DNA of 64,000 bases from Bacteroidales bacterium (GTDB lineage: Bacteria > Bacteroidota > Bacteroidia > Bacteroidales > UBA10428), in the NCBI GenBank assembly GCA_016930375.1, contig JAFGGU010000011.1, positions 1,397 through 65,396 of the forward strand, written 5' to 3'. The notes beneath the pieces were generated by a model. The model worked only from the letters and a program-made list of their open reading frames with translations, had not been told where the DNA came from and did not search any database. Positions within the stretch are counted from its first letter, which is position 1. Every line of letters begins with the position of its first letter. The position numbers were made by a program, and so were the translations under genes. Positions 20,435-27,852 of this stretch are shown here, one piece after another.

Positions 20435-22084
20435 TTAATTCAACATCTTTGCCATATCCTCTTGTACCGTTGTGATCCCCGAAATCCCAAAGTTCTTGAC
20501 CAGGATGGAGGCTACGTTGGGCGACAGGAATGCCGGGAGGGTCGGGCCCAGATGGATCTTTTTAACCCCGAGGTACAGCAACGCCAGCAAAACAATGACC
20601 GCCTTCTGTTCGTACCAGGCAATGTTATATTCGATGGGCAATTCGTTGATGTCATTCAGCTGAAAAATCTCTTTCAGCTTAAGAGCGATAACAGCCAGCG
20701 AATAGGAGTCATTGCACTGTCCGGCATCCAGAACACGCGGAATACCGTTGATATCTCCCAATGGAAGTTTGTTATACCTGTACTTGGCGCATCCGGCCGT
20801 AAGTATGATCGTATCCTCAGGCAATGCGGCAGCAAACTCGGTATAATAATCACGACTTTTCATCCTGCCGTCACAACCGGCCATGACAAAGAACTTTTTG
20901 ATCTGACCTGTTTTTACCGCTTCAACCACCTTATCTGCCAGTGCAAAAACCTGTGCATGGGCGAAACCTCCGGTTATATAACCCTGTTCGATTTCACGGG
21001 GAGCCAAACTGCGCTTCGCGTGGGCAATGACTGTGCTGAAATCCTTACGGCCGTTTTTACGTTCTCCGATATGCGGAAAGCCTTCAAATCCGGCCTCGCC
21101 GGTTGTATAAACCTTATCCCTGTATGAGGCGTTGGGTAAAGGGGGTACTATGCAATTGGTAGTAAAGAGGATGGGTCCATTAAACGATTCGAACTCCTCA
21201 CGCTGTTTCCACCAGGAATTTCCATAATTGCCTGCAAAATTGCTGTATTTCTTAAAGAACGGATAGTAATGAGCCGGCAACATTTCACTGTGGGTATATA
21301 CATCGATCCCAGCATCCTTTGTTTGTTCCAGAAGATCTTCCAGATCCCGGAGATCGTGACCGCTGATGAGAATTCCCGGGTTTTTGCGCACACCGATATT
21401 GACCCTGGTGATCTCCGGATTTCCATAACGACCCGTATTGGCCTTATCGAGCAGGGCCATTGCCTTCACGCCGTATCTTCCTGTTTCCGTCACCATCTTG
21501 ATAAGGTCGTCGGCCGTCAATTCATCATTCACCGTAGCCGCCATGGCCCTGTGCATAAAGGCATAAATATCCGTATCTTCGTGACCCAGGTTAAAGGCGT
21601 GCTCTGCATAGGCAGCCATTCCTTTCAGCCCGTAAATGATAAGGCCGCGTAACGACCGGATATCCTCATCCCGGGTGGACAATATGCCAATCAAGGCAGC
21701 CTGCACTTCAAACTCAGCAGTGCTGTTGGAAAACCAGGTGGCACATTCCGGAATTATAGCTGCACCTGCGCCTCCGGAGGCCTGATGTTCGGCCTGCAAC
21801 CTGCTCCTGAGCTCCAGCCCCGCTTTAATCCTTTCCACAAAGACAGCTTTATCAAAATTGGCATTGGTGATAGTAGAAAACAGGCCTCTCATGACAAAAT
21901 GATCAGGCTCTTTTTCTTCATACCCCTTAGCCCTGAGCTGCAGGGTATAAAAAGATATTCCTTTCATAACAAACAGCAGCAAGTCCTGAAGATTTGCCAC
22001 ATCATCGGCTTTACCGCATACTCCCTTGATCTGGCAACCAACACCTTTGGCCGCCTCCTGACATTGATTGCAAAACATCGACAT
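20435..22084 (-). CDS. hcp: Hybrid cluster protein (hydroxylamine/NO reductase)
   Basis: [10 protein letters not shown]...[52 protein letters not shown]. Confidence 0.97.
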   Translation of the reverse strand: MSMFCNQCQEAAKGVGCQIKGVCGKADDVANLQDLLLFVMKGISFYTLQLRAKGYEEKEPDHFVMRGLFSTITNANFDKAVFVERIKAGLELRSRLQAEHQASGGAGAAIIPECATWFSNSTAEFEVQAALIGILSTRDEDIRSLRGLIIYGLKGMAAYAEHAFNLGHEDTDIYAFMHRAMAATVNDELTADDLIKMVTETGRYGVKAMALLDKANTGRYGNPEITRVNIGVRKNPGILISGHDLRDLEDLLEQTKDAGIDVYTHSEMLPAHYYPFFKKYSNFAGNYGNSWWKQREEFESFNGPILFTTNCIVPPLPNASYRDKVYTTGEAGFEGFPHIGERKNGRKDFSTVIAHAKRSLAPREIEQGYITGGFAHAQVFALADKVVEAVKTGQIKKFFVMAGCDGRMKSRDYYTEFAAALPEDTIILTAGCAKYRYNKLPLGDINGIPRVLDAGQCNDSYSLAVIALKLKEIFQLNDINELPIEYNIAWYEQKAVIVLLALLYLGVKKIHLGPTLPAFLSPNVASILVKNFGISGITTVQEDMAKMLN

Positions 22085-22248
22085 TTTCTTGAGGTTTTAT
22101 TATTATTAATATTATTGCCATTCTTCTTTTGTAATTGATGCTTCAAACAACTGTCATCTATTTTTACCATTTCACGCACCATAATATCTTTTTTAAAGTT
22201 TTGCTTCGTAATTTTGAACCAAAAATAAGATACCGGAATCCGAAATTA

Positions 22249-22264
22249 TGTATCATATGTTACA
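22249..22264. promoter_or_regulatory. Candidate HcpR (Crp/Fnr) operator
   Basis: TGTATCATATGTTACA matches its own reverse complement at 14/16 positions; lies between divergent hcp and the Crp/Fnr gene. Confidence 0.7.
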
Positions 22265-22277
22265 ATTTTAATTTTTT

Positions 22278-22958
22278 ATGGAAATTCCTTTTGCGCAGCT
22301 TGCAGCTACCAATATCTTTCAGGGTCTCAGTGTGGAAGACATTGCCGAATTATTTGATGGTAAGCCTTTCCGGATCAAGGAATACTCACGCGATGAGTAC
22401 ATTGCTTTCAGTCATGATGTTTGCCATGATATGCTTTTTGTTGTGAAAGGATCTGTCAGAGGGGAAATGACGGACTTCTCAGGTAAAAAACTGAAGATTG
22501 AGGATATCCTTGCTCCCCGGCCCCTGGCTGCTGCTTTTATTTTCGGAAAGGAAAACCGGTTCCCCGTCGATATCATTGCCAATGAACAGGTAACCATCCT
22601 TACCATACCCCGTGACGTGCTGATTTATATCCTTCAGCACAGCCAGGTCGTTCTGCAGAATTACCTCAATGCCATCTCCAGCCGTACGCAATTTCTTTCA
22701 AACAAGATCAGGTTCCTGTCCTTTAAAACCATTCGGGAAAAAATAGCCAATTATGTGCTGAATCAAACCCCAAGAGACAGCAATAAGCTTATGCTCAATC
22801 AATCACAATCTGAACTCGCTGACTTTTTTGGCGTTACCAGGCCATCACTGGCGCGGACAATGGCCGAGATGGAAGAAGAGGGCCTTTTGCGCGTTGAAAG
22901 AAGAGAAATTACAATACTCGATAAAGAAAAATTGAATAAATTGCTGAATAAATTGTAA
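22278..22958 (+). CDS. hcpR: Crp/Fnr-family regulator, probably HcpR
   Basis: cNMP-binding beta-barrel, C-terminal [20 protein letters not shown]; divergent from hcp. Confidence 0.85.
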   Translation: MEIPFAQLAATNIFQGLSVEDIAELFDGKPFRIKEYSRDEYIAFSHDVCHDMLFVVKGSVRGEMTDFSGKKLKIEDILAPRPLAAAFIFGKENRFPVDIIANEQVTILTIPRDVLIYILQHSQVVLQNYLNAISSRTQFLSNKIRFLSFKTIREKIANYVLNQTPRDSNKLMLNQSQSELADFFGVTRPSLARTMAEMEEEGLLRVERREITILDKEKLNKLLNKL

Positions 22959-22962
22959 AACT

Positions 22963-23292
22963 ATGCAAAACCTTATCTTAACAACAACCCCAAACATCGA
23001 AGGGAAAAGGATCACCCAGTATCATGGTTTGGTCACCGGTGAAGCCATCATTGGCGCCAATATATTCAGGGACATTTTCGCAGGGATACGCGATATTGTC
23101 GGCGGACGCTCCGGCTCCTATGAGGAAGTGCTTCGGGAAGCCAAAGAAAATGCCCTCAGCGAAATGACAGAAAATGCAAGACGTTTGGGCGCCAACGCTG
23201 TCATCGGAATCGACCTGGATTATGAAGCCATTGGAACCAACGGCAGCATGCTGATGGTCACCTCCAGCGGAACAGCTGTACTTGTGGAATAA
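22963..23292 (+). CDS. YbjQ/UPF0145 family protein
   Basis: [48 protein letters not shown]. Confidence 0.92.
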   Translation: MQNLILTTTPNIEGKRITQYHGLVTGEAIIGANIFRDIFAGIRDIVGGRSGSYEEVLREAKENALSEMTENARRLGANAVIGIDLDYEAIGTNGSMLMVTSSGTAVLVE

Positions 23293-23870
23293 TGAACAGC
23301 AGCACTGAATTGGTCCGTTGCGACTGGGCCAACACGCATCCTTTGCTTACGGAGTACCACGACCGGGAATGGGGTGTGCCATTGCATGATGAGAACCGGG
23401 TGTTTGAGATGTTCTCCCTCGATTGCTTTCAGGCCGGACTGAGTTGGCTGACCATATTGAAAAAACGGGAGGCTTTTCTCCAGGCTTTTGACAGTTTCAA
23501 TATCGACCGGGTGGCAACATTTACCCATCAGAAAATCGGGGAATTATTGTTAAATCAGGGTATCATCCGGAACAGGCTGAAAATTCCGGCTGTAATTCAT
23601 AATGCCTTCCTGGCACAGGAAATCCGAAAAGAATTCGGTACTTTCTCCCATTATATCTGGAGTTTCAGCGACGGGAAAGTAATCCGTAATTCCTGGGGAA
23701 ACAAGCGTGATATTCCGGCTTCTTCAGCGGTATCCGATAAGATGAGCCGGGACATGATCAAGAGGGGATTTAAATTCGCGGGATCCACCATCTGCTATGC
23801 TTTTATGCAATCCATCGGAATGGTGAATGATCACCTGGTGAGTTGTTTCAGATATGAAAAGCTGGTTTAG
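23292..23870 (+). CDS. tag: DNA-3-methyladenine glycosylase I
   Basis: RCDWA, YHDREWG, FQAGLSWLTIL, IIRNRLKI, GMVNDHLVSC. Confidence 0.94.
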   Translation: MNSSTELVRCDWANTHPLLTEYHDREWGVPLHDENRVFEMFSLDCFQAGLSWLTILKKREAFLQAFDSFNIDRVATFTHQKIGELLLNQGIIRNRLKIPAVIHNAFLAQEIRKEFGTFSHYIWSFSDGKVIRNSWGNKRDIPASSAVSDKMSRDMIKRGFKFAGSTICYAFMQSIGMVNDHLVSCFRYEKLV

Positions 23871-24109
23871 ATCAATCCGGCCTTTTTCATGTCAGAAATA
23901 ATCTCATCCACTGTTTTGGAAGAATTCGGCAGAATATTGGGAGGACATTTTCCGACAAGTTTGGCTACCTGGAAACGCCGGCAGCGCTTACGACCCTCTT
24001 CCCCGGCTTCACAATACTGTCTTTTATATACTTCTGTAAATTCAGTGCCTTTCAATATACCACTAAATATTGGGCAATTTGGAGTTTTTGGACAAAGGTT
24101 GGCTTCCAT
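23867..24109 (-). CDS. Small cysteine-rich hypothetical protein (80 aa)
   Basis: Five Cys in CPxxxxCPIF...YC...C.RF...CPPNILPN; ATG start with A-rich upstream region. Confidence 0.7.
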   Translation of the reverse strand: MEANLCPKTPNCPIFSGILKGTEFTEVYKRQYCEAGEEGRKRCRRFQVAKLVGKCPPNILPNSSKTVDEIISDMKKAGLI

Positions 24110-24140
24110 AGGTTGATTATTAAAACATTACACAGTATTA

Positions 24141-24347
24141 CTAGCATATACTGCAATTCAGAAAAAAGGTTTCGCATTCAGGGTCAATTTTCAGCCTGGT
24201 CGCGCACATGAAATAATCATCCATGGTTTTTGCATTTTTCAACATCCGGATACCGGGATTGTAAACCGAGGAATCACCATTGGATTGCGCGTAAAGGATG
24301 TTCATGGTAAAGATGAGGTAGATGGCAACCCTGAAAAATGCTCTCAT
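24141..24347 (-). pseudogene. Probable truncated remnant of an exported helical protein
   Basis: Start overlaps the lipA stop (ATGA); signal peptide (LYA|QS) and a helical start (GIRMLKNAKTMDDYF), then a short low-quality tail. Confidence 0.4.
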
Positions 24348-25204
24348 ACAATGTGATTTTCAGCATGGTAAGATGACCGAACCAGGGGGCTGCTTTCCAC
24401 AACGACAAAGCCCTTTTTCATTCCAACCTCATGGTATTTCTGAAACTGATTAGGATGGACATAGTCGATTACCGGCATATGATCTTTGGTAGGCCGGAGG
24501 TATTGTCCGATGGTCATCACCTTGACTCCGTTTTTCCTCAGGTCGTCCATGGTTTGCAGGACTTCCCCTTCGGTTTCACCCAATCCGAGCATAATACCAG
24601 ATTTGGCAGTAATTCCCGACCGGGCGATCTGGTTCAGTACGCCAAGGCTGATGTGATAGCGGGCTTTGCTGCGGATTTGCCAGCTCAACCGTTCAACCGT
24701 TTCCAGGTTGTGCGATATGACTTCGGGTTTTGCTTCAATGATTTGATGTATCAGTTCCTGTCTGCCCTGAAAATCTGGGATTAGCACCTCCATCGTGGTA
24801 TTAGGATTGACCTCCCGGACCTTTCGGATAGCTGCAGTCCATAGCCTGGCACCCAGATCTTCGAGATCATCGCGGTCCACCGAAGTAATCACGCAATGTT
24901 TCACGCCCATGCTTTTCACCGATTCAGCCAGCCTTTCAGGTTCCTGCCAGTCAACCGGCAAGGGTCTGCCGGTCGGCACCGAGCAGAATTTGCACCGGCG
25001 GGTGCAAATGTTCCCGAGGATCATAAAGGTCGCGGTTCCGTGATTCCAGCATTCGCCGATGTTGGGGCAATTGCCGCTGGTACATATGGTATTTAAATTC
25101 TGCCGCAGAACGAGGTTCTTCACCCGGGAGTAGACCTCGCCGTTGGCACGTTTCATCTTCATCCAGTGCGGAAGACGGAGGCGGTTTGTAACGATGCTTT
25201 CCAA
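24344..25204 (-). CDS. lipA: Lipoyl synthase
   Basis: CTSGNCPNIGEC (CX4CX5C), radical SAM CTRRCKFC, TSVDRDDL, HNLETV, VRSSYHA; TTG start. Confidence 0.96.
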   Translation of the reverse strand: MESIVTNRLRLPHWMKMKRANGEVYSRVKNLVLRQNLNTICTSGNCPNIGECWNHGTATFMILGNICTRRCKFCSVPTGRPLPVDWQEPERLAESVKSMGVKHCVITSVDRDDLEDLGARLWTAAIRKVREVNPNTTMEVLIPDFQGRQELIHQIIEAKPEVISHNLETVERLSWQIRSKARYHISLGVLNQIARSGITAKSGIMLGLGETEGEVLQTMDDLRKNGVKVMTIGQYLRPTKDHMPVIDYVHPNQFQKYHEVGMKKGFVVVESSPLVRSSYHAENHIV

Positions 25205-25228
25205 ATGATTCTTTTTGTAAAGATAATC

Positions 25229-26287
25229 TTAATTGGCAGCTGTTAAAAGCAACAGTGAATCCAATAAAACCTGATTGCCTTTTAAACATATCCTGACATT
25301 CGGAGTACCTGAATCCAGCGTGACAATCTGTCCCGCTATTTCATCGGAGCCTTCCTGTATTTTCGCATGACAATCCTGCCAATCCGTTGCAATTTCGGGA
25401 TGGTGAAAGACCATGCCGGCCACAACATCCCATATAGGGGCTTCCTTCGTTACTGTGTCCGTCTTTTCACTTGTAACATACGAGTCCAGCCAGCTTCCCA
25501 TCAGTGAGGCCATTGATTTGCCAATAATACCCATGGATTGATGTTTATAGTTTTCATAAAGATCTGCTGTCAGTACAAGGGGATCAATACCATGAAGCGC
25601 TGTAACATCGAGGGGGACAAGCCTGACCGGCGCACCTGAGCTGAAAACGATGGCTGCCGCCCTGGCATCTACCCAAAAGTTCCATCCTGATACCTGGTTA
25701 TCGATCGCGGGCCATTCCACAGCAATGCCGCCTTTCATGTTAACTGCCCCGTCGGACACGTATATCTGACTGATGTTCTTTACCAGCTCAGGCCTGCTGA
25801 CCATGACTTGCGCAATATTGGTCATGGGACCAAGCGCAAGGATGGTGATGTCGTTTTTATAGGTATTGATAAGCTGAGCGATCATCTCCGGTGCAGGTGT
25901 ATCGGAAGGCTTCAAGGAAACATCCGGGAGTTCAAGCCCGAAAGGTTTATCCACCGGAGGTTGCCAAACCAGGGGGAAAGCATTATCGCCTTCCAGAGGA
26001 TGTGATATGCCTTTCGCAACAGGGATTTCAGGATGACCAGTCAGGCTAAGCAGTCTGAGTACAATTTCAGCACCTGAATCCACGCCGGACACCCCGTTTG
26101 CGATTGTAATGGCCCTGATGTTGATATCTGGACAGCCCAGGAAATACAGGATGGTCATTATATCATCCACCGAAGTGTCAACATCGAGGATGATGTTGCG
26201 CCTGGATTCTTCTTTTGGCTGTGTCTTGCAGGAGGTGAAGAAGAGGAATACCGGCAATAGAAAGGTAATGAGCAGAATTCGTTTCAT
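25229..26287 (-). CDS. Nucleoside hydrolase (IU/IAG-NH family), lipoprotein
   Basis: Lipobox FTSC; DVDTSVDD (DxDxxxDD), LGPMTN, VPLDVT, PIWD. Confidence 0.88.
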   Translation of the reverse strand: MKRILLITFLLPVFLFFTSCKTQPKEESRRNIILDVDTSVDDIMTILYFLGCPDINIRAITIANGVSGVDSGAEIVLRLLSLTGHPEIPVAKGISHPLEGDNAFPLVWQPPVDKPFGLELPDVSLKPSDTPAPEMIAQLINTYKNDITILALGPMTNIAQVMVSRPELVKNISQIYVSDGAVNMKGGIAVEWPAIDNQVSGWNFWVDARAAAIVFSSGAPVRLVPLDVTALHGIDPLVLTADLYENYKHQSMGIIGKSMASLMGSWLDSYVTSEKTDTVTKEAPIWDVVAGMVFHHPEIATDWQDCHAKIQEGSDEIAGQIVTLDSGTPNVRICLKGNQVLLDSLLLLTAAN

Positions 26288-26385
26288 TGGATTTATATTT
26301 TACAACGGGTAAAGTTGCACCAATATTGCCAAAAAAGTAATATGCTTTACCTGAATATTATCTCGGAACAGGTTGTTTCAAGAAA

Positions 26386-26500
26386 GGAGTGCTCGCTCTC
26401 GGGCTCATAATCATGAACAGTTGCGTGAGAGTGAGAGTGAGAGCGAGAAAAAACAGAGTGGGAGTGCTCGCTCTCGCTCTCACTCCCACTCTGTTTTTTC
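26386..26500. repeat. Hexamer-based inverted/direct repeat complex in the tRNA trailer
   Basis: Perfect 20-bp IR (26447-26466 / 26481-26500); GTGAGA x3 + GCGAGA at 26425-26448; 16-bp direct repeat ggagtgctcgctctcg at 26386 and 26461. Confidence 0.9.
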
Positions 26501-26501
26501 G

Positions 26502-26585
26502 TACCCGGAGCCGGAATCGAACCGGCAAGGGAAAAATCCCACTGGTTTTTGAGACCAGCGCGTCTACCTATTCCGCCATCCGGGC
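26502..26585 (-). tRNA. tRNA-Leu(CAA)
   Basis: Minus strand GCCCGGATGGCGGAATAGGTAGACGCGCTGGTCTCAAAAACCAGTGGGATTTTTCCCTTGCCGGTTCGATTCCGGCTCCGGGTA: cloverleaf with long variable arm, anticodon CAA, discriminator A, CCA not encoded. Confidence 0.97.
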
Positions 26586-26592
26586 GACAGTG

Positions 26593-26619
26593 CCCGCCGA
26601 AGCTTTATGCGAAGGCGGG
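26593..26619. repeat. Short REP-like palindrome in the tRNA leader
   Basis: cccgccgaagctttatgcgaaggcggg with terminal IR CCCGCC/GGCGGG. Confidence 0.6.
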
Positions 26620-26684
26620 TTAACGTATTGATGGGATTGCGAAGATAAATAATAGTTTTAGCATACGCAAAATATTAGTACGTT

Positions 26685-27347
26685 TCAGCTTCTTTTCTTG
26701 ATAAGCCGGAATGACCAATACATCATGCTCAGGAAGATGAACATAAACAGCGTCATTCCCCAGGTTCCTTTGTGATGAAAAGGATTCAGGATCCTGTCAC
26801 TGATATCATAGAAAATATTAAAGGGCTCCGTGATAATATCCCAGCTGTTCCACCTCAGGTATCTCCCCATGTACACGCCAAAACTTCCCAGGAACAGCAG
26901 ACCAAAGGATACCAAAGGCATCAGGTCCCTTTTGATCCATGGACCGATGATTTTTTCAATATCCCAGAGACTCATAAAACCAAACAAAAGTCCGACCCAG
27001 GCAAAAGATAGAATTAACATCAGGTCAAACCATTTGGGCATCGTTGTATTCAGCTGCAAATGAAACAAATCCGTAAGAATGTACAATGCATTGGGGAAAA
27101 ACAACAGCCAGGAGAACACCAATGCCAGCAATACAGGTATGTTCTTTTTAAATCTGGGATAAATGATCAGAAGTGTACTGAAAAGCCAGGGGAGGAATGC
27201 CAGAAAAAGATTCCAGTTCAGGTGCAGAAAAACTTTTGTATCCGTATAGACAAAGCGGAAAATTGAAAATGCGAAACATAAGATACTTAATGATCCTAAA
27301 AACCGGGTCTCATTCAGCCTGTCGAAATCTTTTAATTGCCTGTACAT
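26685..27347 (-). CDS. DUF1361-family membrane protein
   Basis: WNLFLAFLP, WLLFFPNALYILTDLFHL, GVYMGRYLRWNSWD. Confidence 0.9.
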   Translation of the reverse strand: MYRQLKDFDRLNETRFLGSLSILCFAFSIFRFVYTDTKVFLHLNWNLFLAFLPWLFSTLLIIYPRFKKNIPVLLALVFSWLLFFPNALYILTDLFHLQLNTTMPKWFDLMLILSFAWVGLLFGFMSLWDIEKIIGPWIKRDLMPLVSFGLLFLGSFGVYMGRYLRWNSWDIITEPFNIFYDISDRILNPFHHKGTWGMTLFMFIFLSMMYWSFRLIKKRS

Positions 27348-27852
27348 TTTTATACCTCCTGCGAATGATATGTAACTATTGGTAATCTTAGGTGATAAAT
27401 ATAGCGGATTTTTCCAACGGTTTTCTTACAAAAACCCCGGTTTCATAGTAACTTTGCCCCTGAAAGCTTAAAAAATAAAAATTTTCCGTAATTATAAAAC
27501 AGTAAAAACAGTAATCAACACGTGAATAAGTAGGGAAAGACTTATTGGAAGCCGGAATCCGGAAAATTTCAACAAATAATAAAAATCAAATACGTTAATA
27601 TCTTTCTTAAAACTTTACCATGAAAATCCCGGTAGTTTTTTATACATTTTAAGGGCATCACTACGTACCGGAAAGCAATCAGCAGTTGCTCAATTCCTTA
27701 TCTGACGGGGTTAATAACTCTCCGGGAATGTTAATAAATACGAAGGAACTCTTTTTGTATGACGTTGTTAGTGTTACTAACTTGCAGTACTATCTGAGAT
27801 ATGCCGGTAATCTTATTACCGGCCGAGTTTCCAACGACTTAAAAACATTCCA

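Noticed and set aside
26389-26631. 80-aa ORF with VRVRVRAR/LALALT
   Set aside because: Translation of hexamer repeats and the antisense tRNA; not a credible protein.
27348-27852. Possible cobalamin riboswitch before B12-dependent nrdJ
   Set aside because: I could not find the conserved B12-box or core elements by eye; an Rfam cmscan would be decisive.
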